A stretch of DNA of 63,986 bases, filler included, from an uncultured Ignavibacteriales bacterium (lineage in GTDB: Bacteria > Zixibacteria > MSB-5A5 > GN15 > JAAZOE01): NCBI GenBank assembly GCA_964611355.1. It is 4 parts of 4 records of this genome, joined end to end, with 100 filler letters (N's around TTAATTAATTAA, not from the genome) between each part and the next. Parts side by side here need not be neighbours in the genome. Positions count along the whole stretch, not along the records: positions 1 to 20,481 come from CAZSYD010000040.1; 3 more parts are not named here. One strand, 5' to 3'. Position numbers and translations under genes: made by a program. Shown here piece by piece: positions 1 through 9,643 of this stretch (its first letter is position 1; every line of letters starts with the position of its first letter). The notes under the pieces were generated by a model. That model searched no databases, was not told the DNA's origin, and saw only the letters and a list, made by a program, of their open reading frames with translations.

Positions 1-2
1 AA

Positions 3-107
3 ACCGACGGTCGGGTTAACCCGCTCATGCCGGCAATGGGTCCCAACGTCGCCGGGGTGATCGGCTCCGCCGTCGCCGCAGGCGTATTTTTGACGTTTTT
101 GGGGTAG
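3..107 (+). CDS. oadB: Na+-translocating decarboxylase beta subunit, C-terminal fragment (5' truncated)
   Basis: Manual translation TDGRVNPLMPAMGPNVAGVIGSAVAAGVFLTFLG*; AMGPNVAGVIGS is the conserved OadB/GcdB/MmdB C-terminal motif. Confidence 0.85.
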   Translation, partial: TDGRVNPLMPAMGPNVAGVIGSAVAAGVFLTFLG

Positions 108-160
108 GATAATTTCGCCGTGCGCGTGAATGTCCCCGACGCACATATAAGCATAATTAT

Positions 161-200
161 AAAGCCGGTGGATGTCATCGTCCGCCGGTTTTTCTTTTTT
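161..200 (+). terminator. Intrinsic terminator after oadB
   Basis: Stem AAGCCGGTGGA/TCCGCCGGTTT followed by a T-rich tract. Confidence 0.75.
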
Positions 201-369
201 GCGGAATTATTACTTGCAAAAAATGGTAGACAGATATAAATTGATTCTATCATATTGCACTGCAGGAGAATTCGGAGAATGGATTATATTAAGGAGACGC
301 GGCCCCAACCCGGAAAAGCGGGGATAGGTTGTTTTTCTTCGTTATTTGGATGTATTTTAGAGCAGCAAT

Positions 370-1527
370 ATGGCCTATAGGAATATATCACAATTAAAGT
401 CAAGAATTGTAACGATTCTTAACGCGCAGGGTTACGCTGTAGATAAAAAGGGACATTTCTCTTTAATACAGAACAGTAGAGAAACGCGCCGCCGGGTTCA
501 TGAATTGGCAAAAGCGGAAAGGATTAGGCCAAGAATTAGTTTTATCAAGCGTTTTTCGTCAGTAGTTGGCGCAAATATTCCAAATGGTAGCGATATTCAA
601 GTAGAGAAAATTGATCCATTACTCATTGAGATAAAGCCTGACTCGGACGAAGAGGAATATTTCCGTTGGTGGAACCTGGTATGGTGGAGTCTTCCATATG
701 AAAAAGCTTATGGCAGACAGATGAGATACATAATTTGGGATACTTATCACAATGCTGTTATTGGTTTGATCGGACTTCAGAGCCCAATCCTCAGATGGGG
801 CGTCCGCGATGATTACCTAAACATATCTTTGGAGCAAAGAGACTATTGGATAAATCAATCCTTAAGTGCCCAGCGTTTAGGGGCTGTGCCGCCCTATAAT
901 CAGATTTTGGGCGGAAAATTGGTCTCTCTACTCTTGACTAGTAATAATATTAGAGAAGATTTTCGAAAAAAATACTATAATAAAATGACTATTATGAATC
1001 GTCGCAAACTGCCTGCGCGATTGTTATTTATTACGACAACGGGAGCCTACGGTAAGAGTAGTATATATCAACGGCTAAAGTTTAAAGATGAAGTTGTAGC
1101 GAAATTTATAGGATATTCGCATGGCTCGGGCTCATTCCATATTTCTAACGAAATTTATGATGACTTATTGATGTATCTTGATCGTCGGGGATACAATATC
1201 AAAAGGGGATTCGGCGCAGGTCCTTCCCGTAAGTTACGACTTATTGACACGGCGCTTGGTTTACTGGGATTTAAAGATGGCGCTAAACATGGTATTTTGC
1301 GCGCAGTTTATCTGTTTCCTTTGGCCAAGAACCTAGATAATGTTATTCAGTTCAATAAGCAACCTGTATGGTTTGATAGACCAATTTCGGACTTAACATC
1401 TTTCTGGAAACAGAGATGGGCTATACCACGAGTCGAACGCGATACATCATTTAGAAACTTCAAAGCCTCAGAATTTTTCGACGATGTGGAACACGAATTA
1501 GAAAATATCTGCAATTCCAAAAACTGA
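370..1527 (+). CDS. Druantia DruA-like protein (DUF4338)
   Basis: 385 aa; motifs WSLPYEKAYGRQMRYIIWD, VIGLIGL, LGAVPPYNQILGGKLV, TTTGAYGKSSIYQRL, GYSHGSGSFH, FGAGPSRKLR and W..RWAIPR match DruA/DUF4338 as I recall the family. Confidence 0.8.
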   Translation: MAYRNISQLKSRIVTILNAQGYAVDKKGHFSLIQNSRETRRRVHELAKAERIRPRISFIKRFSSVVGANIPNGSDIQVEKIDPLLIEIKPDSDEEEYFRWWNLVWWSLPYEKAYGRQMRYIIWDTYHNAVIGLIGLQSPILRWGVRDDYLNISLEQRDYWINQSLSAQRLGAVPPYNQILGGKLVSLLLTSNNIREDFRKKYYNKMTIMNRRKLPARLLFITTTGAYGKSSIYQRLKFKDEVVAKFIGYSHGSGSFHISNEIYDDLLMYLDRRGYNIKRGFGAGPSRKLRLIDTALGLLGFKDGAKHGILRAVYLFPLAKNLDNVIQFNKQPVWFDRPISDLTSFWKQRWAIPRVERDTSFRNFKASEFFDDVEHELENICNSKN

Positions 1528-1536
1528 GAGTGACGC

Positions 1537-2727
1537 ATGGAAGGCCAAATCGAAAACAAGGGAAATTATGCCCATCTTCCTGAAGAGTTAATGTCGAAGA
1601 TTCTGGAATCGGTTCCTCAGACGGTTGACAAGATGAATAAGATGTTTGACGTTCAAGAAAAGCCATTAAAGCAGGCTATTGATAAGCTAAGAAAATTAGG
1701 AATGACTCAATTTATATCTTCTGATGATTATTCGACATCATTGATTGCGGTGGACGGTGGAATGGTAGTTGATCGGATGACAGGTTCGGATTTACTTTTA
1801 GCTGTTGCGGTTGGTGTCGAAGGGTTAAGTGAAGACCCGAAAGCCGGTTGGGGCATTGACAGAAATCAATATTATCAATGGCAGACGGTTTTACCGCACG
1901 AAGAAGCAACGCCTCGTTTGGCCCAGGGTATCATGTTTCTAATGGAGTTAAGTGTATTAGCTCAATCGGAACATGAAATAAGGATTATGGATGGTACTCA
2001 CTTCACACCGATCTTAAAAATAAACAGCATGCTATCAGCAAAAGAAGAAAATGCTGGTCCTGAATACATTCAGGCTCTGAGGGATTTTTTATCGGATACT
2101 TACGAAAAAATTATACCTGACATACCTGATATAATTGCTTCGGCATTTCAAAATATTGCGATAATCGCTATAGCCAAATACTCATCTTCACGTGATATTC
2201 TTGATCAATACGCGCACGATTTTAAAATATCGGTCGATGATAAAACGTTTTTTGCCCTTACGCTCGATGAGAATGAATACCTTAATCCGCTTCCTGTCGG
2301 GCAAAGTGAAAATGAGCGTAGAAAAATATGGAATGATCTACATATCAAATGTAATCTTGAGATACCTGAAAAAGATGATTTGAATAATGCCCTGGAAAAG
2401 GCAGTCTATCCTTTAATTACTAAAAACAAAATGTCAGAACTACATTTTACGTATTTTAAGCCTTACGCCGATGGCCCCGCTTATCGCATTGAATTAAAAA
2501 AAGCCCTTGCAGAGAATAAAGATGATTTTGAAAAAACCCTCTTAAGTCTGAAAAAGCAGGTTGTTTTTCCCGAAATTCGCGAACCATACCCACAATATTT
2601 AGTTGATTTGATGGCCAAAAGCGTAGCGTCCGGTTTATACGCGATTCAAGAGGGTATAAAATTATCTCCTAATTTGGAATTGGATAAAGGGAGATTTAAT
2701 CTTATTTTTGGTTATAGGACAAAATAG
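1537..2727 (+). CDS. NurA-family nuclease
   Basis: 396 aa; acidic RNase H-like motifs IAVDGG and IMDGT, C-terminal EPYPQYLVDLMAK; directly upstream of a HerA ATPase. Confidence 0.8.
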   Translation: MEGQIENKGNYAHLPEELMSKILESVPQTVDKMNKMFDVQEKPLKQAIDKLRKLGMTQFISSDDYSTSLIAVDGGMVVDRMTGSDLLLAVAVGVEGLSEDPKAGWGIDRNQYYQWQTVLPHEEATPRLAQGIMFLMELSVLAQSEHEIRIMDGTHFTPILKINSMLSAKEENAGPEYIQALRDFLSDTYEKIIPDIPDIIASAFQNIAIIAIAKYSSSRDILDQYAHDFKISVDDKTFFALTLDENEYLNPLPVGQSENERRKIWNDLHIKCNLEIPEKDDLNNALEKAVYPLITKNKMSELHFTYFKPYADGPAYRIELKKALAENKDDFEKTLLSLKKQVVFPEIREPYPQYLVDLMAKSVASGLYAIQEGIKLSPNLELDKGRFNLIFGYRTK

Positions 2728-2729
2728 CT

Positions 2730-4511
2730 ATGTCTCAAGAAATTGATATCCTAAAAGTTATTGAAGATGATGAAGGCAAGATACTTGGTATTACAGGATC
2801 GCCAAGCACGACTATTGATATAACAATAGATATTAAGGAAGAAAGCAAATTAGGTCGTATTTTAGGCCAAATGGTCCATTTTGTGGTAGAAGAGGAAGAA
2901 AATCCTATATTAGTAATCGGTCAAGTTATATCAATTGAAACACAGAATCGTTGGCACCAGGATCCCACATTCAAAGGGGTTATACGGTTACATGGCAACC
3001 TGCCCCATTTAAGCGGTCGAGCCGATAATCGTGTTGCGACAATAAGTGTTCAAGCAGCTTATTCTGTAAAAAAGGAAACCAATGCTCAAGGACATGTCCT
3101 TGGAACATCACCTTCCACTGGTCTCCCCGTAAAGAAAATGTCAAATCCATTAATGAGTGCACTCATGAGACCGCATGAAAAGTATATAACTTATATGGGG
3201 CATGTTTACGGTACTGACGTAAATCTCCCTTTTTGGTTTAGGCATTTTGATAAGGGAGATGGGGGTGCTGGAGATGCCCACCACATAGGTGTTTTCGGCA
3301 AAACCGGGTCAGGAAAGTCAGTCACCGCAGCCTATATGCTACTTGGTTATGCAAAGAATAAAGAAAACATGAATATTTTGGTCTTGGATCCACAGGCACA
3401 GTTCTATTATGAAAAGGACTTCCCACCACTGCTTAAGATGAAGAATATGATTGAAAAGTGCGGCATGACGTATATAAAATACCACCTCCTTCAGGAGCTA
3501 TATTTGCCGGGAGATGAACATGAGCTCTTTGCATCAATGTTACAGAAAAACCGCTTTATCCAAAAAGCTTTTAATATCAAAAGCGATAGAGAGCTTGATG
3601 CGGGATTGGCAGTTGCCGAATATTTAGCCTCACGTTTCGAGAAGAGCAGAGGTTCTGCGGCAAATATGAATCGGCTTGATCGAACGACCAGCAAGAAATT
3701 GATGACTGATTTGCTTAATCGTTTTGTTAAAACAGATTCAAACAGTGATTCTAATAAATATATTGATTCAATATATACTTCAAGACCGTACAAGAACAAA
3801 CTTATGGACCATATTTCACGGTTGATTAATGCGAAGGAAGAGGTCGATGCTCTTTTTTCAAATTACTGGCATCCGATCGTTAAATATTTTCAAAGCAAAT
3901 CGGATGATGGCGTGAATAAAAAACCGATTGACGAAGTGATAAATCTGATATCTGATAAAGATCATAAGGGAAATATCGTTATCTTGGATATCAGTGGCGA
4001 ACAAGAGCGATTAGGTAGTGAAAATGTTAAGGCTCTTTTCGTCCGCTTGATCGAAGGACGAATAAAGGAAGTAGGGCAACGGTACTATGCCGAAGGGCAA
4101 AAGGTAAATTGTTTGATCGTGATGGATGAAGCACATCGATATATTTCACGAACTGCCGATGATCCACAGATTCAGGCGTTAACTCACGAGATAATCGATT
4201 CCGTTAGAACTACTCGAAAATTTGGCATCGGCTATATGTTCATTACTCAGACAATCGAGTCGCTCGATAAAGAGATCTTGCAGCAAACCCGGATATTTGC
4301 TTTTGGATATGGACTCACACTGGGTACGGAGATGAGGGTGATAGGCAATATCGTAAACAACGATAGCGCAATGAAATTGTACAGATCATTCATTGATCCG
4401 GGTGCGAATAATAGGTACCCGTTTATGTTCTATGGATCGGTATCGCCTTTGTCATTTACAGGTGCTCCTCTCTTCTTGGAGGTTTATACAAATCCCGGAG
4501 ATTTTCGTTAA
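2730..4511 (+). CDS. HerA/FtsK-family ATPase (DUF87) with N-terminal HAS-barrel-like region
   Basis: 593 aa; Walker A GKTGSGKS, VLDPQ, Walker B VMDEAHRY, RKFGIGYMFITQ. Confidence 0.88.
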   Translation: MSQEIDILKVIEDDEGKILGITGSPSTTIDITIDIKEESKLGRILGQMVHFVVEEEENPILVIGQVISIETQNRWHQDPTFKGVIRLHGNLPHLSGRADNRVATISVQAAYSVKKETNAQGHVLGTSPSTGLPVKKMSNPLMSALMRPHEKYITYMGHVYGTDVNLPFWFRHFDKGDGGAGDAHHIGVFGKTGSGKSVTAAYMLLGYAKNKENMNILVLDPQAQFYYEKDFPPLLKMKNMIEKCGMTYIKYHLLQELYLPGDEHELFASMLQKNRFIQKAFNIKSDRELDAGLAVAEYLASRFEKSRGSAANMNRLDRTTSKKLMTDLLNRFVKTDSNSDSNKYIDSIYTSRPYKNKLMDHISRLINAKEEVDALFSNYWHPIVKYFQSKSDDGVNKKPIDEVINLISDKDHKGNIVILDISGEQERLGSENVKALFVRLIEGRIKEVGQRYYAEGQKVNCLIVMDEAHRYISRTADDPQIQALTHEIIDSVRTTRKFGIGYMFITQTIESLDKEILQQTRIFAFGYGLTLGTEMRVIGNIVNNDSAMKLYRSFIDPGANNRYPFMFYGSVSPLSFTGAPLFLEVYTNPGDFR

Positions 4512-4893
4512 ATTCCTCTATTATCTCCGAGCTGTATATTACCAACTCGCCAGTCCATCATTTTCCCTTCTGAGAAATAGGATTCAATATCAAGGCGGCC
4601 TCCAATTCCCCCACACTTTCACCACAAAACCACCCCTGATTCCTGACCCGCTCGCATTTATAGACAACCATATTCTATAGGTATATCTATGTCGGTAAGT
4701 GAACGCAAGCTCAAGGCCAAAAGCCGGAATCAATCCGGCGAAAAGACCAAAAATGAAATGGGGCCCCCAAAATAATGACAAAACGAACCCAAATCACGAC
4801 CTCTATCCTGTGGCCTGCAATAAGTTCCCGTAAGTTGCGTTTTCAGCGGCGCACGGAAACAACCTTTAACCCTGAATTTCGAATTTCAGATAT

Positions 4894-5988
4894 TTATTTT
4901 ATCCGCTTCGAAAATCTGAGCCACGAGAAGGTAAAAATTACCGCACTGAAGATTATCATTGCAAGGATTTCAGGATAAAGGGCGTCAACGCCGGAACCTT
5001 TCATCATGATGCCACGGACGATTTTCATGAAATATCGCAGCGGGTTGAGATATGTGATATACTGCACCAGCTCCGGCATGTTTTCGATCGGCGTGAAAAA
5101 GCCGGAAGTCAAAATAGCGAAGATGGAAAAAAACCAGGCAAAAAACATCGCCTGCTGCTGCGTGCCCGTTACCGTCGAGATAAACATCCCCACGCCCAGC
5201 GCGGTGAACAGATAGATAAACGAAAGACTATAGAGCAGCGTCCACGAACCGGCAAACGGAATGTCAAACCATAAGATACCGAAAGCCAGCGCGATCGACA
5301 TCTCGACAAAACCAAGAATGGCAAACGGGATGGTTTTCCCCAGGATAAAGGCCGGGGTGGAAATCGGCGTAACCATCAACTGTTCCAGCGTTCCCACTTC
5401 GCGTTCGCGCACAATCCCCATTGAAGTCAGCATGGCCGTAATCATAGTCAGAAGAACGGCCACTATCCCCGGGACCATGTAGTAAACCGATTCACCTTCC
5501 GGGTTATAAAGGATTTTCTGCCGCATCGAAACAGGCCTTTCAACACCGGCGATGCGCTGGTTGAACTGCCCGGTTATCAGGCCGGCGTAACCGATGGCGA
5601 TGGCCGCCGAGTTGGCGTTGGTGGCGTCAACGATGAATCCGGCTTTGACCGACTTACCTTCTTCGAGCTTCTCCGAAAAATCCTCCGGGATAATCAGGGC
5701 GGTATTATAACGATTTTCGGTAAATCCCCGCTCAACCTCCGGAAGCGGAATATCGCTTGACCGGCAGACGAAATAATCCCCGGCCGAGAGCGAACGAACG
5801 AATTCGCGGGACAGTTGACTGCGGTCATAATCATAGACTGCGGTATAAATCTGCTTCACATCGACATTAATGGCGTATCCCAGTATCAGAAGCTGGATGA
5901 TCGGCATGAGAAAAATAAGGCTCAGCATTATGCGGTCGCGGAAAACCTGCAGGAATTCTTTTTTGACCAGCGCCAGTACCGTTCGCAT
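4894..5988 (-). CDS. ABC-2 type permease (YbhR-like)
   Basis: KEFLQVFRD, REREVGTLEQLMVTP, multiple TM helices. Confidence 0.92.
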   Translation of the reverse strand: MRTVLALVKKEFLQVFRDRIMLSLIFLMPIIQLLILGYAINVDVKQIYTAVYDYDRSQLSREFVRSLSAGDYFVCRSSDIPLPEVERGFTENRYNTALIIPEDFSEKLEEGKSVKAGFIVDATNANSAAIAIGYAGLITGQFNQRIAGVERPVSMRQKILYNPEGESVYYMVPGIVAVLLTMITAMLTSMGIVREREVGTLEQLMVTPISTPAFILGKTIPFAILGFVEMSIALAFGILWFDIPFAGSWTLLYSLSFIYLFTALGVGMFISTVTGTQQQAMFFAWFFSIFAILTSGFFTPIENMPELVQYITYLNPLRYFMKIVRGIMMKGSGVDALYPEILAMIIFSAVIFTFSWLRFSKRIK

Positions 5989-5994
5989 TCTTAC

Positions 5995-7101
5995 TTACCC
6001 GATTTTGATTTGGAACTTCTTCGCGGCAACGCCGAGAAGTACTACCGACAAGACCACCAACAACGCCGCCTGCGGCCAGAGCACATCGATCCCCGATCCC
6101 TTGAGCATGATCCCCCTGATAATCAAAATAAAATACCGCGCCGGTATGAGATAGGTTACAAGTTGAAGAATCTGTGGCATATTTTTAATCTCGAAGATAA
6201 ATCCGGAAAGCATTACCGATGGCAGCATCGTAACCACCATAGAAGCAATCATCGCCACCTGCTGGGTTTTGACCAGGGTCGAGATCAAAAGCCCCAGGGA
6301 CAACGCCGCGATAACATAGATAATGCCGAAAAGGAAAAGCAGGAAAACCGATCCGGTCATCGGGACGCCAAAAAAAAGAATGCCGAATCCCCAGACCAGA
6401 AGGCCGTCAAGCCCCGCCAGCCCAATGTATGGAATCACCTTGCCGATAATTATCTGATGCGGCTTCACCGGCGCGGTGAGAAGCTGCTCCATGGTGCCGG
6501 TCTCCTTTTCGCGGGCGATGGTGATTGACGTCAAAAGCGCCGAGATCATCATCAGGATTACGGCAATCAAACCCGGCACAAAAAAATGCGACGATTTCAA
6601 ATCGGGATTGTACAACACCTGCTGCGAAAGAACAACTCCCGGCATCTCGAAGCCGGGCGGCAAAAGGTCTTTCATAAATTGAAAAACAATTACGTTCGAA
6701 TAACCGGCCGCCGCCGCGCAGGTATTGGCATCGGCGCCGTCAAGCAAAAGCCCCAGTTGGAATTTATTGCCGGTTTTCACGGCTTTGGCAAATCCCGATT
6801 TAATGGTTAAGACGGCATTAGCGTCACCTTGTTTAAGCGCCCGTTCAGGGTCGGATAAATCGGCTTCGGCGAGCGGCCCGGTAAAATAGCCGGAATTGTA
6901 AAAACGGCCGACCAGTTCTCGCGATTCGGCCGTCCGATCATAATCAAGAACCGCTAGTTTGATATTCTTGATATCAAGATTGATGGCATAACCGTAAAGC
7001 AGCGTCATCAGGATCGGCATCAGGATGGCGATAAAAAGCGAGCGTGTATCCCGCAGGATATGGCGCACCTCTTTGAGGGCGATATATCGCAGTTTATCCA
7101 T
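5995..7101 (-). CDS. ABC-2 type permease (YbhS-like)
   Basis: KEVRHILRD, REKETGTMEQLLTAP, multiple TM helices. Confidence 0.92.
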   Translation of the reverse strand: MDKLRYIALKEVRHILRDTRSLFIAILMPILMTLLYGYAINLDIKNIKLAVLDYDRTAESRELVGRFYNSGYFTGPLAEADLSDPERALKQGDANAVLTIKSGFAKAVKTGNKFQLGLLLDGADANTCAAAAGYSNVIVFQFMKDLLPPGFEMPGVVLSQQVLYNPDLKSSHFFVPGLIAVILMMISALLTSITIAREKETGTMEQLLTAPVKPHQIIIGKVIPYIGLAGLDGLLVWGFGILFFGVPMTGSVFLLFLFGIIYVIAALSLGLLISTLVKTQQVAMIASMVVTMLPSVMLSGFIFEIKNMPQILQLVTYLIPARYFILIIRGIMLKGSGIDVLWPQAALLVVLSVVLLGVAAKKFQIKIG

Positions 7102-7837
7102 CAGCTTCGTTCCCGGAGATCAGGCTGATAAAGGTTTCCTGCAGGTCGGGCTGGTTGTGTTTTTCGATGAGTTCCCGAGGTTGCCCAGCTTCGATGATCC
7201 GGCCGTGATGCATAATTGAAATCCGACGGCAGAACTCGGCTTCATCCATGTAGTGCGTGGTGACAAACAGAGTCGCGCCGGAATCGGCCAGACGATACAG
7301 GATTTCCCAGAAACGCCGACGAAAAACCGGATCGACGCCCGCGGTCGGCTCGTCCAGAAAAACAATCCTGGGCTTGTGCAGTATAGCGGCCGCCAGGGCG
7401 ATTCTCTGCCGCCAGCCAACCGGCAGTGGACCGGTCGGTCGGTCAATGAAATCCTGCAGACCAAGATAACCGGTCAGTTCCTCGATTCTCATTTTCAAGC
7501 GGTGCGCCGGAATCTTATACACCGTCCCATAGAAGCTCAAATTTTCCCGCCCGGTCAGGTCGCTGTAAAGCGAAAACTTCTGCGACATGTAGCCGATGCT
7601 CTGCTTGATTTTTTCCGGCTCGCGGTTGACGTCAAAACCGTTTACGATGCCGTTTCCCGAGGTGGGCAGAAGCAATCCACAGAGCATCCTGATGGCGGTT
7701 GTTTTGCCCGCACCGTTGGCGCCGAGAAAACCGAATATTTCGCCATAATCAACCGTCAGGCTTATCCGGTCAACGGCGGTGAAACTGCCGAATTTCCTGG
7801 TTAATCGGTCTATGACTACGGCGTTGTCCATGACCAT
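7094..7837 (-). CDS. ABC transporter ATP-binding protein
   Basis: GANGAGKT, FLDEPT, TTHYMDEAE; signature motif degenerate (LPVGW). Confidence 0.93.
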   Translation of the reverse strand: MVMDNAVVIDRLTRKFGSFTAVDRISLTVDYGEIFGFLGANGAGKTTAIRMLCGLLLPTSGNGIVNGFDVNREPEKIKQSIGYMSQKFSLYSDLTGRENLSFYGTVYKIPAHRLKMRIEELTGYLGLQDFIDRPTGPLPVGWRQRIALAAAILHKPRIVFLDEPTAGVDPVFRRRFWEILYRLADSGATLFVTTHYMDEAEFCRRISIMHHGRIIEAGQPRELIEKHNQPDLQETFISLISGNEADG

Positions 7838-7844
7838 AAACCGC

Positions 7845-8759
7845 TCAATTACGCGAACCCATCAGTTGAATAAAAACATCTTCCAGTTCGGCCGGAATTT
7901 TCTCGACCAAATCACCGCCGATGCCGGCCGCGCTCAATCTCCTGACAATTTCATCCCGATCGGTTGTTTCGGGCGCATATAGATGTACCGAAGCTCCGAA
8001 GCGGTGCGCATTGATGTCCTCAATCTGTTCCAATTGATACATACGATCGGCGGTTGGTTCCACTCGTAACTGAAAAACGCTTCCTCGATACCGGGCGGCC
8101 AGTTCATTCGGGGCGCCTTCGGCCAGCTTTTTCCCGCCATGTATAAATACCGCCCGATTCGCCAGCGTTACCTCATCCATGTAAGGAGTAGAAACGGCAA
8201 TCGACGAGCCGTCATCGCGCAGCGATTTGAGAATATCCCAGAACTGTCGCCGTGACAGCGGATCAACGCCGGTGGTCGGCTCATCAAGGATAAGTATCTT
8301 CGGGTTGTGAATCAGGTTACAACTGAGAGCCAGCTTCTGTTTCATTCCGCCCGACAGGTCGGCGGCTCGTCTGTCGCAAAAAGGCCCAAGTCCCGAAAAT
8401 CGATAAAGCAATTTCTTTCTTGTTTCGAATTCGTCGCGGCTTAACCCGAAAAGCCCGGCATAAAAACGGAGGTTTTCCTCGACAGATAGATCGGGATAAA
8501 GCGAGAACGTCTGTGGCATATATCCAAGAAGCGGCTTTATTTTCTCGAAATCGGCCGCCACGCTGTAACCCGATATATGGACTTCCCCGCTGTCAAAACG
8601 AATAAGGCCGCATATCGAACGAAACAGGGATGTCTTGCCGGCGCCGTCGGGGCCGACCAGCGCAACTATTTCGCTCTCGCCGATGGTAAGGCTGAAATCA
8701 TCCACCGCCGTCAGCGAACCATATTTCCTGGTCAAATTCCTGACTTCTATCGGGATCAT
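7845..8759 (-). CDS. ABC transporter ATP-binding protein
   Basis: GPDGAGKT, LSGGMKQK, ILDEPT. Confidence 0.93.
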   Translation of the reverse strand: MIPIEVRNLTRKYGSLTAVDDFSLTIGESEIVALVGPDGAGKTSLFRSICGLIRFDSGEVHISGYSVAADFEKIKPLLGYMPQTFSLYPDLSVEENLRFYAGLFGLSRDEFETRKKLLYRFSGLGPFCDRRAADLSGGMKQKLALSCNLIHNPKILILDEPTTGVDPLSRRQFWDILKSLRDDGSSIAVSTPYMDEVTLANRAVFIHGGKKLAEGAPNELAARYRGSVFQLRVEPTADRMYQLEQIEDINAHRFGASVHLYAPETTDRDEIVRRLSAAGIGGDLVEKIPAELEDVFIQLMGSRN

Positions 8760-9643
8760 AGAATCCTTACCGAAACAGGCATGCCGATCTTGAGCGTTTC
8801 ATCGGGATTGGGAATAATTATTTTGACGGCATAAACCAGATCGGCCCTGGCTTCTCTGGTTTGCACATTCTTGGGAGTAAACTCCGCCTCCGATGATATC
8901 CAACTAATATAACCGGACAGCGCCCTGTCGCGACCGTCTTCGGGATCGACTTCGGCTTTGTCGCCCAGCTTAATCCGGGTCAGATCCTCCGGAGGGAGAT
9001 AAATCTTGACCCATACCGTATCAAGCCGGGCCATTTTGATTAATGGTTTTCCCACGCCAACCAGTTCACCGCTTTCAATGTAGGTAGTAACCACAATGCC
9101 GCCGGAAGGAGCGGTCGGATGGCAGTCGGAAAGCTGTTTTTCGAGCAGGGCGATTTCAGCGTCGATTCTTTCCAGGTCGGCTTCGGCCGCCTGAAGACCG
9201 GCCTCGGCTGCCTTTTTGGCCAGTTTGGCCTGCTGAAACCTGTTTTCTGTCTGGTCAAACTGCTGCTGGTTGGCCGAACCGGTTTTTAACAGGCGGCTGA
9301 TCCGGTTGTATTCTTTTTCAGCCAGGTTGATATCCAACGTCGTCTTTTCCACCTGGAGTCGGGCTGAATATTTTTGAGTTTCGGCCGCATGACGGCACGC
9401 TCTCGCCTGTGCCGACCGAAGAGACAGGGTCGTGGTATCAATCAGAGCAATGGTATCGCCGGGATTGATACGGTCTCCTTCATCGAAAAAAAGTTTTTCC
9501 AGTCTTCCGGCCGTTTCCGCGGAAATGACTATTTCGGTCGCCTCAATCAGACCCGACCCGCCGGGGACGGCATCGCCGCTGCTGCACGAAATAATGGCGA
9601 AAGCAACAATGCTGAAAAGGACAGCGCAAAATACCCTGTTCAT
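8756..9643 (-). CDS. HlyD-family periplasmic adaptor (probable lipoprotein)
   Basis: Lipobox-like IISC, coiled coil, AEFTPKNVQT motif of YbhG-like adaptors. Confidence 0.9.
   Translation of the reverse strand: MNRVFCAVLFSIVAFAIISCSSGDAVPGGSGLIEATEIVISAETAGRLEKLFFDEGDRINPGDTIALIDTTTLSLRSAQARACRHAAETQKYSARLQVEKTTLDINLAEKEYNRISRLLKTGSANQQQFDQTENRFQQAKLAKKAAEAGLQAAEADLERIDAEIALLEKQLSDCHPTAPSGGIVVTTYIESGELVGVGKPLIKMARLDTVWVKIYLPPEDLTRIKLGDKAEVDPEDGRDRALSGYISWISSEAEFTPKNVQTREARADLVYAVKIIIPNPDETLKIGMPVSVRIL

Noticed and set aside
370..4511. Canonical Druantia type I system, or housekeeping herA-nurA-mre11-rad50 repair operon
   Set aside because: No DruB-E-like genes or large DruE helicase and no Mre11/Rad50; both flanks are resolved and unrelated
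4512..4893. Short ORFs and possible island-end repeats after herA
   Set aside because: ORFs of 63-95 aa with no motifs; I found no direct repeat matching the left boundary
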